Positions 11,213 through 19,986 of a stretch of DNA of 64,000 nt are shown piece after piece. The stretch lies in assembly GCA_964456475.1 (NCBI GenBank), contig CAYVZI010000006.1, positions 7,074-71,073 of the forward strand, in the 5' to 3' direction. The notes under the pieces were generated by a model. The model searched no databases. It saw nothing but the letters and a program-made list of their open reading frames with translations, and had not been told where the DNA came from. The stretch is from an uncultured Candidatus Saccharibacteria bacterium (GTDB lineage Bacteria; Patescibacteriota; Minisyncoccia; Phycocordibacterales; UBA9973). Numbering within the stretch: the first letter of the stretch is position 1; each line of letters starts with the position of its first letter. The translations under genes were made by a program, and so were the position numbers.

Positions 11213-11274
11213 TTTCTGAATAGTGATTTATTTCAAAAATAATACTTCTTAATAACTTAATTATACCAAACTTA

Positions 11275-11306
11275 CAAGCTGTGCAGTTTGGGACAAAGTT
11301 AGAATT
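11275..11306 (+). repeat. Island direct repeat copy 3: CAAGCTGTGCAGTTTGGGACAAAGTTAGAAT
   Basis: See 9589-9620. Lies between the OLD gene end and the NTase start. Confidence 0.65.
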
Positions 11307-11394
11307 TTATTTAGCCTATAATCATGTTCTCTTGGTAGCTTTATGCACCTCTGGTATCCCAAAGAATTAATTAAGGTTTCTTCATTTTAATCAG

Positions 11395-13338
11395 TTAAAC
11401 TTTTTCTTTCGCTGCAAGAACTTTTAATGTTTCGTTGACCTTATTAATATACGTATAATAGGTATCAGCTATATTTTCTATCGTCAAATTTGTGAGCAAA
11501 GCATCTTTTAATTCACCAATAAGTGCTTCCCCCTCAATCTGAGTAATTGAATTTCTTTTATACCAACCTCGGACGCTTTCAATACGGCCTTTTGCATCAT
11601 TAATATCAGCAGCTAAAAATTCTGGTTTTGAATTTTTATCAGTTGTATTTTTCAATTGTTGCAAGAAATAATTTTCTTCAAAGAAGTCTTCCGCTGTATA
11701 TACAGCGTTGAAACTAGGGTCGAAATCGTGATAGGTGTACCAAAAACCATAGCCTTTATTATTTTCATACTCACGTTTTTTGTCTTTAGCAATGGCATCC
11801 GCATCACTTAATATTAAGCAATTACGATTTCCTGCTTCAAACGCTGGTGTGATGTTTTGTATATGCTTAACACCCTGAGAATGACAGAATCCAAATTTTT
11901 CCAATTCTTTAAAAACTTTCTTTCTTGTAGGAAGAGTTGTTTTAGAGGCTCGAAAAAATAAATCTTTATCTCTCCATCCTTCGAATATAAGATTCCATTC
12001 TTTTAGATTTGAAAATATGGAGTAACCCAGAGATTTATATATAACCTCTTCATCTTGAATGTTTGAATCTCCCACTACTTCAAGTTTTGTAATTTCTTTT
12101 TTCTTTTTCACCAAGTAGTGTCGTGCTATAACTTTCTCGTCGATCATAAAAATCGAATGAGTAGAAAAGAGGACAACATTTGTTTGAGAAATTTTTAAAA
12201 GTTCGTCTCTCAAAAACCTTACTCCTGTTGGATGTAAACTTATCTCCGGTTCATCAATGATCAAAACGGAATTTTGTAGTGTGTTTATGTTGCTTTGAGT
12301 AGAGATAAGAAGCAAAAAAGTAATAAATCTCTTGAATCCGTCACTTCTTTGATTTAATTCATAATTATTGTCGGAATCTTTTACCGTAGCAACTATATCA
12401 GAACCGTCGGTTTTTAATTCAAAAGAAACTTCGGGATACTCCTCCCAAACTTGTTTGAAATACTCAGTATTTTTATCAGCAACCTTTCTGAGAAAATTTG
12501 ATAATCGAGTTTGAGAAATCCCCTTTGCTGTATTAACTTCATTAGCGATTCGTGCATTTTCTATGCCGGCAAGATTAAACATTCTTGCTAAAGGAATACA
12601 GGTTGTGGGGTCACTTATAAAACCATCCAAAGGTATTCTAGAAGGTAGTAAGTAAGATTCGTTGTACTCCCAATATATAACATCAGGTAACCACTCCTCT
12701 ACTTTTTCAATGTGAATATTCCCCAGCGTTTCTTGAATATCCGAGAGATCTTTAACATCCACTAAATAAGCTGGGTCAATAGGATTAAATTCATCTAAAT
12801 TAACAAATTGGTAGCCTGAAAGCTTAAACGTCTCCCCTGACTTCGAGACTACTTCATAGTCTCCGGGGCAAGTATCAGAAACTTTTTTCAAGTTATTTAA
12901 AACTTTGTATTCTTTTCCTAGAACAAAATAGCGTGCACTTCTTTTTTGTGTAAGTAAATCAATATGATAGACCGCCTCAATCCTTGTTTTACAAAAATCT
13001 TCAATATTCAGCCCCTTACCGTTGTGAGAAATAACAGGAACATCCTTTATAAAAAGAAAATTTTCTTTAAAGTCTGCCACAATCTCATCTAAGTCTCCCT
13101 TCTCAAAAGAAAAAATGAATTTTACGTAAGCGACACTAGGAACATCTTCGCTAGATAATACTTCTCGAACATATTTTTTTTCAACTTTCTGCGTTGCGTC
13201 TAGAAGTTTTACAGCTTTTAAAATATTACTCTTACCAGACTCATTTATTCCCACTAAAACACGACAGGTAGGATTAAATTCAACCGCCGCATCTTTTATA
13301 GATAAAAAATTCTTAATTTCGGCTTTTTTAAGCTTCAT
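11395..13338 (-). CDS. OLD-family ATP-dependent endonuclease (ABC-type ATPase + C-terminal Toprim), class-1 OLD or GajA-like
   Basis: 647 aa. Walker A GINESGKSNILKA at the N-terminus. Walker B/D-loop LIIDEPEISLHPTGVRFL. C-terminal Toprim signature IFEGWRDKDLF ... CLILSDADAIAKD (conserved E and DxD). Confidence 0.8.
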   Translation of the reverse strand: MKLKKAEIKNFLSIKDAAVEFNPTCRVLVGINESGKSNILKAVKLLDATQKVEKKYVREVLSSEDVPSVAYVKFIFSFEKGDLDEIVADFKENFLFIKDVPVISHNGKGLNIEDFCKTRIEAVYHIDLLTQKRSARYFVLGKEYKVLNNLKKVSDTCPGDYEVVSKSGETFKLSGYQFVNLDEFNPIDPAYLVDVKDLSDIQETLGNIHIEKVEEWLPDVIYWEYNESYLLPSRIPLDGFISDPTTCIPLARMFNLAGIENARIANEVNTAKGISQTRLSNFLRKVADKNTEYFKQVWEEYPEVSFELKTDGSDIVATVKDSDNNYELNQRSDGFKRFITFLLLISTQSNINTLQNSVLIIDEPEISLHPTGVRFLRDELLKISQTNVVLFSTHSIFMIDEKVIARHYLVKKKKEITKLEVVGDSNIQDEEVIYKSLGYSIFSNLKEWNLIFEGWRDKDLFFRASKTTLPTRKKVFKELEKFGFCHSQGVKHIQNITPAFEAGNRNCLILSDADAIAKDKKREYENNKGYGFWYTYHDFDPSFNAVYTAEDFFEENYFLQQLKNTTDKNSKPEFLAADINDAKGRIESVRGWYKRNSITQIEGEALIGELKDALLTNLTIENIADTYYTYINKVNETLKVLAAKEKV

Positions 13339-13522
13339 GCTGTTAAAAGTAGCATTTATTGATGAGGGTGTCTACAGCATCCAAAGGATCAATTTTGATC
13401 AAAAAAGTTAAAATATTTCTATAGGAAAAATGGGGTCAGGTACCATTCTTGAATTCGAACTTGATTGACACTCTAGCACCCCAAGCTTACTCCTCCCCTC
13501 CCAAAACGCAAATCCCAAACCC

Positions 13523-13557
13523 AAACGGCTCATTTCCGCCCATTTGAGCCGTTTGAC
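13523..13557 (+). repeat. Family-2 hairpin element AAACGGCTCATTTCCGCCCATTTGAGCCGTTTGAC
   Basis: Direct copy of 9498-9532. The two bracket the 9.5-13.5 kb island. Confidence 0.8.
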
Positions 13558-13680
13558 TACTTGACAATATATGAAAATGTTATAAGGTTTGCAAAAGACT
13601 AAATAAACAGCAAAGCGTCTAAGGAATTGGATTTTTTGCTGTTTATTTAGTTTTCACCATTTAAAAAATAATGTTAATTT

Positions 13681-14394
13681 ATGGGCAAATTGATCCGCAC
13701 CCAGGTCGTTTACGAACACAAGCCTGGTAACTTAAAACAGTCGGTTAAGCTTCGGCTCCCAATCATCATTCACTCCAGCAAAGCTGGCCCTGTAATTATT
13801 ATCAATTATCCGGGGTACAACGGAGACATTGATGGGTACAACATGAAGTACGCTGTTATGGCAACGCGCATGAGCGAACAAATTGGCACCGTGATCCGTA
13901 TTGGTAATCACCATCATTCAAACACCAATTACCAGGAAACAGTGCAGGATGATCTGCGTGCAATCGTTACGCATGCCTTAGAAAACGCAAAAGAGATATG
14001 CGGACACGAAAATCCTCATATTTACATAACTGCATTTTCTGCTGGTGCTTCTGCTGCCGCAGCTATCGCTCATGAGTTTCCTCAGGTAACAAAACTCCTG
14101 CTCATATCCCCCTCATTTGATGCGGGAGAAAGTGCAATACGGAGCGGCCTTGAAAAATACACCGGCGAAATACATATCCTGGCAGGAGCAAATGATGATG
14201 TTGTAGGACCAGAAGTAGCACCGCTTATGAATGGGATGGTAAAGCTAACTGCTTCACAAATGGTAATACTTCCAAAATGCGACCATCAGTTGCGTGGACG
14301 CACTAACGGATTGTATTTAAGCAACGCACCAGGCTGGGCGTTCTTAGGAAAGAAATTCCCCACTACCGACGACGGCATTGTGCTGTACGAGTAG
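13681..14394 (+). CDS. Alpha/beta-hydrolase fold protein (esterase/dienelactone-hydrolase-like)
   Basis: 237 aa. Nucleophile-elbow-like ITAFSAGAS, acid GANDD, C-terminal CDHQL histidine. Hairpin terminator at 14421-14452. Confidence 0.55.
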   Translation: MGKLIRTQVVYEHKPGNLKQSVKLRLPIIIHSSKAGPVIIINYPGYNGDIDGYNMKYAVMATRMSEQIGTVIRIGNHHHSNTNYQETVQDDLRAIVTHALENAKEICGHENPHIYITAFSAGASAAAAIAHEFPQVTKLLLISPSFDAGESAIRSGLEKYTGEIHILAGANDDVVGPEVAPLMNGMVKLTASQMVILPKCDHQLRGRTNGLYLSNAPGWAFLGKKFPTTDDGIVLYE

Positions 14395-14466
14395 TAAACA
14401 CTGTTTGCAAAAAAAATTCACGAGCCAAGAAATGGTTTTACCATTTCTTGGCTCATTTTATTTCTA

Positions 14467-15108
14467 CTAAATCTTAGTATACAAAACCCCTTTCCCCGTC
14501 TTGCCCGTTTGTTTAATTTTCCCCTCCTTCTCAAGAATCGAAAGATACCGCGTCGCTGTCGCGTCAGACACATGCAACAGTTTCTCAACGTCATCATTCG
14601 TCACGCTTGTTCGCTTCGCAAACAAACCCATAACTTTATCCAGCTTTTTCCTTTTCCTAAATTGAATTACACTTTGCGCCTTCACCAAAAGTTCCCTCAT
14701 CCCACTGCGCGGAGCAACTTGAACCGACGGAGGCACCGTGCCCGATTCTACTTTTGCAGAATTTGGGGAAGCCTCCGTCGGCTTCTGCAATTCTGGTTTT
14801 ACGGTCTCAGCAATCGACTCAGCCACAGGTGATAACGGCTCATTTCCGCCCACTGGGCCCGATCCCACTTCAGTGGGATTTAGGGTTTGAGCCGTTGTAC
14901 CCGATTCTACTTCTGCAGAATTTAAGGTTGGTTCCGGTACGGCTTCTACAGGAGCTGGAGTTGGTTCGATTGGAGCTTCTACAGGAGCAGGAGTCTCCAC
15001 CACAGGAGTCACAGTCTCGTCAGCAACAACAGGCTCAACTGGAGTCTCAATTGGAACCGTTTCTACAATAGGAGTTACCTCATCCGCCATATGCAAATAG
15101 TATATCAA
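14467..15108 (-). CDS. Pro/Val/Glu-rich low-complexity protein with a C-terminal winged-helix DNA-binding domain. It contains an internal ~50-bp direct duplication and an interrupted family-2 hairpin element.
   Basis: 213 aa. C-terminus VTNDDVEKLLHVSDATATRYLSILEKEGKIKQTGKTGKGVLY (wHTH). N-terminal PVE repeats. Family-2 copy at 14834-14896, read in-frame. Confidence 0.5.
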   Translation of the reverse strand: MIYYLHMADEVTPIVETVPIETPVEPVVADETVTPVVETPAPVEAPIEPTPAPVEAVPEPTLNSAEVESGTTAQTLNPTEVGSGPVGGNEPLSPVAESIAETVKPELQKPTEASPNSAKVESGTVPPSVQVAPRSGMRELLVKAQSVIQFRKRKKLDKVMGLFAKRTSVTNDDVEKLLHVSDATATRYLSILEKEGKIKQTGKTGKGVLYTKI

Positions 15109-15226
15109 AAAGGCTTATATTTGGTCTTTTTAACGGTACTTGACTTTAGTACTTAAAAGTAGTATAATATATAAGAAGATTGTTAACTCTGTGCTTACAA
15201 ACCAAGGGCACATTAAAAATTGAATT

Positions 15227-15775
15227 ATGAAGAAAATACTTTTTATTGCCTCGATTGTAGCTTCGGCTCTCGGGATGACATCATGCAACAACGATGAAAT
15301 CAAAAACGTAGGGCGCCCTTCCCCGATGCCATTCAATCATGGAATTGAACAGGCCGCACCAAAACCTGAACCACCGAAAGATACTATCCTCCGCAACGTA
15401 CCGCTCACAGAGCAGCAATTCAGGCGGATAGCCAACTACATCGAAAAACATGGTTTCGTCGTCGACCTTGGCCCAAATCGAATTAAATGTGGCCACCAGG
15501 TGACATTTTTTGATAAGGCAGGCAATCGCCACGCTATGATCTCCTGCAGAACAGGTGCAGATGGGCATCCGGCCATGAAAGGTACAGTGACTTCAATAAG
15601 TGTTTGGGCCTATTACGATGGGAAAAAAGACCAGGAACATTTCTTTGGTTATGATATCCGTCCTTCTGGAGCCAAAACATTTATTACTGAGGATGACTAC
15701 ATGGCCAAGCATATGAAAGCTGTGCAAAAAGGCGTTAATGATTTTTTGAACAAAGTCGAAAAATCCAAGAGCTGA
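15227..15775 (+). CDS. Putative secreted/lipoprotein, hypothetical
   Basis: 182 aa. N-terminus MKKILFIASIVASALGMTSC (signal peptide with Cys). Terminator hairpin at 15800-15832. Confidence 0.5.
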   Translation: MKKILFIASIVASALGMTSCNNDEIKNVGRPSPMPFNHGIEQAAPKPEPPKDTILRNVPLTEQQFRRIANYIEKHGFVVDLGPNRIKCGHQVTFFDKAGNRHAMISCRTGADGHPAMKGTVTSISVWAYYDGKKDQEHFFGYDIRPSGAKTFITEDDYMAKHMKAVQKGVNDFLNKVEKSKS

Positions 15776-15834
15776 TTAATTTCGGCAAAAAATTACAGAC
15801 GTGTTGATTGGAATTTTCCAATCAACACGTTTTT

Positions 15835-16149
15835 TTATTTCCCCTTCCCTGTCTCGATCACAATCGAAAACACAATTTTTTTCTTTGCAACGATATGTTC
15901 CTTCTTTCTTACTTCTGCCTTAAGCGGCAACAGATACGTTTCAGATTTTTTGTCTGGAAAAATCGAAGTATTCCAAGTTGTCTTGCCGAGCGTTACCGTT
16001 ACCGGAATAGATCCCCAACCCTTTTTGAGAGTGGCATACTTTTCTCGTATCTCTTTGGATTTTTTCTTATCAACATAGGCAAAATGCCATCCAGACATTC
16101 CCGGATACAGCACCACTTCTGATTTTATTGAGTACACACCTTTTTTCAT
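15835..16149 (-). CDS. DUF1905-family protein
   Basis: 104 aa. GWGSIPVTVTLGKTTWNTSIFP matches the DUF1905 core. Confidence 0.55.
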   Translation of the reverse strand: MKKGVYSIKSEVVLYPGMSGWHFAYVDKKKSKEIREKYATLKKGWGSIPVTVTLGKTTWNTSIFPDKKSETYLLPLKAEVRKKEHIVAKKKIVFSIVIETGKGK

Positions 16150-16173
16150 TACAGTCTTTAGGGTCTGTAAAGG

Positions 16174-16596
16174 TTATCTCCAAACTGCCACAATCGCTCC
16201 CATTGCCCCCATCGCAATAAGCAACCATCCTGATTCATATAGCCACAAGCCTGTCTTGCGTCCCATCCAAATCACTTCGATTGCTGAAGAAGTTACAAGG
16301 AAGAAAATCCATACAAACACTCCACAAAGCACACCTCCCCACACGCCCGAAATATTCACCGCTGATGAAGAGGATACAATTGTGAACATAACTGAGAGAC
16401 CGAGTGCTGTGACAAAATTGGTAAAGAGATTCCCAATCATCTGAGGAACCATGTCAGAAAGTTTTTCATTGCCAGTCGGTACAACATTAGCAAGCTTCAT
16501 CCAAAGCTTGCCGCCAATCGGACCATGGAACAAAAATCCAATAATAAACGCCACCACTGCTGCCACAAGCACCGCTATAAAATTGATTGAAATCAT
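16174..16596 (-). CDS. DUF1761-family membrane protein
   Basis: 140 aa, 4 TM segments. N-terminus MISINFIAVLVAAVVAFIIGFLFHGPIGGKLW is typical of DUF1761. Confidence 0.55.
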   Translation of the reverse strand: MISINFIAVLVAAVVAFIIGFLFHGPIGGKLWMKLANVVPTGNEKLSDMVPQMIGNLFTNFVTALGLSVMFTIVSSSSAVNISGVWGGVLCGVFVWIFFLVTSSAIEVIWMGRKTGLWLYESGWLLIAMGAMGAIVAVWR

Positions 16597-16706
16597 ATTG
16601 TTTTATTAGAATTCACACAAATGAAATGCACCAAATACGTGGATTCTAACTCTTACTAAATTTATAATTATGATATTGAGTGTACCATTTGGAATGAAAT
16701 AATTGA

Positions 16707-17549
16707 ATGACCAATCACGTCAGCAGATTGACTTATTTGCCAAAAAATTGTATTTTAAACACAACATCTTTAACAAATTTTAATGATGACCACAGCGAGT
16801 ACTGCTCTCTCCCTGCGGTCATCATTAAAAGTAAACATATGAACCTGGCACAATCTCATCGTGACAAAATCGGTGGGGCCCTGAACTTCCTCAAAAGAAG
16901 TAACGAGATTACATCATTCGAAATTGTAGATGATCCACATGATGATTTTTTTATCACATGTACAATTGTATTTACGTATAAACACAAGAAACTAGACGTG
17001 ACCGTGCTTATAGACTTACTGTCGTATGAAACAAGACGGCTCGGCAACATATTTTTTTGCAATCTTATTGAAAGACGCAAAAAAGGTGAGGAAGCAGAGC
17101 TCCGGATGTTTGCGATTCTACGCAGACTCATACAAAATCGAAAATTTGGGATCTGTAGTGTTTTCCGTGCGAGTGAATACCTAGACAACAAAATGAAGGC
17201 CGACTTAGTCTTCTTTGTTGATTGCAGTATTCCCCTCTTTGAGCCTTCGACGAAAGTGGAGCGTCTGATGATATATCTTCAAATAAAGTCTTCTGTAGAA
17301 AAGCAAGACATTCATAAAGTGAGATATCCAAACATTCCCTCTATCGTCATCAACCATGAAATAACAGATAGTACAATCATACAAGCAGTCAAAGAAATAA
17401 TTGAGACGATGTATATCATTTCCAAAGTAGAACCAGCAAAAGAGCTCGTCACACTTTCACTGAAGGATACTGGAAACTATGGGAAATCGACAGATCTACG
17501 ATACCTGAAAAGCGTACTCCAAAGCATGTATCAAAAAATTCACAAATAA
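16707..17549 (+). CDS. Hypothetical protein. The true start may be the internal Met MNLAQSHRDK.
   Basis: 280-aa ORF. Bidirectional terminator hairpin AAAGACCGCACGG-CATA-CCGTGCGGTCTTT at 17602-17633. Confidence 0.4.
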   Translation: MTNHVSRLTYLPKNCILNTTSLTNFNDDHSEYCSLPAVIIKSKHMNLAQSHRDKIGGALNFLKRSNEITSFEIVDDPHDDFFITCTIVFTYKHKKLDVTVLIDLLSYETRRLGNIFFCNLIERRKKGEEAELRMFAILRRLIQNRKFGICSVFRASEYLDNKMKADLVFFVDCSIPLFEPSTKVERLMIYLQIKSSVEKQDIHKVRYPNIPSIVINHEITDSTIIQAVKEIIETMYIISKVEPAKELVTLSLKDTGNYGKSTDLRYLKSVLQSMYQKIHK

Positions 17550-17673
17550 AACTCGGACACAATCCGGGTTTTTTTATTGCCACTATTACAAAGACCGCAC
17601 GGCATAGCCGTGCGGTCTTTGTGTTGGCGTATTAGTATTATCTACTTTCTACTACCTATTTTCTACTTTCTAA

Positions 17674-17931
17674 CTAGCTAAGGTGTACTGAAACGAGCTT
17701 TGTCATTTCAAACATTGTAACCTCTTTCTTTCCACCGAAAACTGGGAGGAGTTTGTCGTCAGCGATAATGTTACGCTTGTTCTTTGGATTCTGAAGATCG
17801 TGCTTCTTAATGTAAACCCAGATAGCCTTAACGACTTCTGAACGAGGCATTGGGCCTTTTCCAACGACTGCTTCGAGTTCTGCACTCAAAGTCATTGGCT
17901 TCATGAACGCTGATGTTTTTTTCTCTGCCAT
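17674..17931 (-). CDS. SWIB/MDM2 domain protein
   Basis: 85 aa. LSAELEAVVG...RSEVVKAIWVYIKKHDLQNPKNKRNIIADDKLLPVFGGKKEVTMFEMTKLVSVHL is the canonical SWIB fold signature. Confidence 0.85.
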   Translation of the reverse strand: MAEKKTSAFMKPMTLSAELEAVVGKGPMPRSEVVKAIWVYIKKHDLQNPKNKRNIIADDKLLPVFGGKKEVTMFEMTKLVSVHLS

Positions 17932-18099
17932 ATATTTTACGATTTGGTAAGGCCTTCACATACAAAGACCCTCTCTAATTAATAAATACGTATATATTCT
18001 ATTATATACCATAGAACCCGAATATGCCTATACCCCAGAGTGTACTATTGCCATAAGTCGTTCTGTGTCGTATAGTCAGTCCAAATAAAACCCTTTAAT

Positions 18100-18666
18100 A
18101 TGTCTATAATATTGATTCCCACAGATTGGAACGGCGCGTTCAAAGGAGAAGATCTTGCAAAGGTCAGAACTGACGCACGGAGGTACACCAACAATTTTGA
18201 CACAAAGAAAAAAGTCGTAGTTGTCACCGGATTTGAAAAAATGACTGAAACTGCAAAAATGATTATCAATAATGCAGTAGCAAAAGCAGAGTTCAAACAA
18301 TCAAGTGCATTCGATGCCCTCAAAAACGTTCCGGAACATCTCTTTAAGGACAAAGTATTCCGAAGTGACAAAGCAGAACTCACCGAAGGGATCCCTTTCT
18401 CCCCAGATAGAATTGAGAAGGAATACCAAAAAATAATAACATTGTACTCTAATTGTTGGGTAATAGTCATCAGCCACCCACTTACGACCGAGACTATTCT
18501 TCTCGAATACGTAAAAATGCACGCCATAGAAACCAAAGCTATTCCCAACTATGTCGCAATGCCGGGAGACACAATATTTCTAGGCAAAGAAAAAATTCTC
18601 GATAAGAAAAGATACGGAGGAAGAATAATTCCCCATTCACGGTTCAGAAACGATCATATTGATTAA
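18100..18666 (+). CDS. Hypothetical protein
   Basis: 188-aa ORF. Hairpin terminator AGCAGCGAC-TTA-GTCGCTG+T-run at 18670-18700. Confidence 0.4.
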   Translation: MSIILIPTDWNGAFKGEDLAKVRTDARRYTNNFDTKKKVVVVTGFEKMTETAKMIINNAVAKAEFKQSSAFDALKNVPEHLFKDKVFRSDKAELTEGIPFSPDRIEKEYQKIITLYSNCWVIVISHPLTTETILLEYVKMHAIETKAIPNYVAMPGDTIFLGKEKILDKKRYGGRIIPHSRFRNDHID

Positions 18667-18745
18667 CACAAAAAAGCAGCGACTTAGTCGCTGTTTTTCT
18701 TATTCTCATTTACCCTAAGCCAGTTTACTGGCCGGGCGATCAAAA

Positions 18746-19432
18746 TTACAATTTTGATTTAGCCTTCCACTCATCTATCTTCTTTGGATCACCAGAGAGA
18801 AGGACTGGCGGAACTTTATATTTTTTATTTTTGTATTCCAAAATTTCCGGTCGAGTATAAAATTCGCTTGATGAGACGCGCTCTTCTTCGAGTGAGTCAA
18901 ATTTGCCGAGCACACCAGGAATCTGACGCGAGATTGAATCGATCAACACCATAGCCGGCAATTCCCCACCCGTGAGCACATAGTCTCCGATTGAGATATC
19001 CTCTGCTTTCAAAATCTTCGCCACACGCGCATCAATCCCTTCATAGCGCCCACAGAGCATAATAATATCGGTGTATTTCTTGGCTGAAGTCTTAGCGTAT
19101 GCAGTCGTGAATTTTTCCCCACTTGGGCTAAAACTAATTATTTTTGTCTTTGTATTCTTTCGTTTGGCAATTTTCTTCACAACGCTTTCAACCGCCTTGA
19201 GCACAGGCTCTGCACGAATAATCATTCCTGGTCCGCCACCATACGGTTTGTCGTCGACAATGCGAGACACGTTCCCATCCGGCCAGACTTTCTTGAATTT
19301 ACCCGATACAAAATTGCGCGGGTTCGTAAACGTCACCTGAATCCGCTTTTCCTTGATCGCCCGCCCAATAATAGACTCCTTGAGATAGGAATCGAAACTT
19401 TCAGGAAATAATGTAATGATATGAAATCGCAT
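18746..19432 (-). CDS. trmD: tRNA (guanine37-N1)-methyltransferase
   Basis: 228 aa. DDKPYGGGPGMII, CGRYEGIDARV, VLTGGELPAMVLIDSISR motifs. Confidence 0.9.
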   Translation of the reverse strand: MRFHIITLFPESFDSYLKESIIGRAIKEKRIQVTFTNPRNFVSGKFKKVWPDGNVSRIVDDKPYGGGPGMIIRAEPVLKAVESVVKKIAKRKNTKTKIISFSPSGEKFTTAYAKTSAKKYTDIIMLCGRYEGIDARVAKILKAEDISIGDYVLTGGELPAMVLIDSISRQIPGVLGKFDSLEEERVSSSEFYTRPEILEYKNKKYKVPPVLLSGDPKKIDEWKAKSKL

Positions 19433-19446
19433 GAAATTTTTGTATT

Positions 19447-19515
19447 GTCATGCCGGACTACGATCCGGCATCCATTATGAATTTTTCGTGGATCCCGGAT
19501 CAAGTCCAGGATGAC
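19447..19515. repeat. Family-1 palindromic element pair (MITE-like): 19447-19475 GTCATGCCGGACTACGATCCGGCATCCAT and an inverted partner at 19489-19515.
   Basis: Two hairpins in opposite orientation, 13 bp apart, in the trmD/Nudix intergenic region. Confidence 0.8.
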
Positions 19516-19520
19516 ACAGT

Positions 19521-19985
19521 TTACTCTGGTTTGATATCTGAAGAAGCAATACTCTTGCCCTCATCAGCAAAATGAATATTGCCTGAAAACTTCTCTTCAC
19601 GCAAGAAGTACGGATACCAGAGCGGATCATCAATCCACATACTCTCAAACGGAGGCTTCTCGATATCAAACCATTCCGGTTTCATTTCTTCTGTCTCAAT
19701 CGGCTCCCCTTCAAATGAATCAACGCGATAAATAATCACTCGTTGATTGAACTCAGGCTTGTCATCAAAATAAAAATTGATACATCCGAGCTTGATGAGA
19801 TTTTGTTCTGGAACAATAATTCCGCTTTCTTCTTGAATTTCGCGAACAACGGCCTGCTCAGGAGATTCTCCTTCCTGTAATTTACCTCCGTACCCATTCC
19901 ACTTCCCTGCACCAAACCCCCGCTTCTTCATACCGAGCAAAATCTTTCCGTCTCTCACAAGAATGGCTAGAGTTACAATTCGCAT
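19521..19985 (-). CDS. Nudix hydrolase
   Basis: 154 aa. Nudix box GGKLQEGESPEQAVVREIQEESGI. Confidence 0.85.
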   Translation of the reverse strand: MRIVTLAILVRDGKILLGMKKRGFGAGKWNGYGGKLQEGESPEQAVVREIQEESGIIVPEQNLIKLGCINFYFDDKPEFNQRVIIYRVDSFEGEPIETEEMKPEWFDIEKPPFESMWIDDPLWYPYFLREEKFSGNIHFADEGKSIASSDIKPE

Positions 19986-19986
19986 A

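Noticed and set aside
19475-19669. 64-aa ORF overlapping the Nudix gene and the repeat pair
   Set aside because: Starts inside the family-1 repeat pair and runs antisense or alternate-frame into the Nudix CDS. No independent support.
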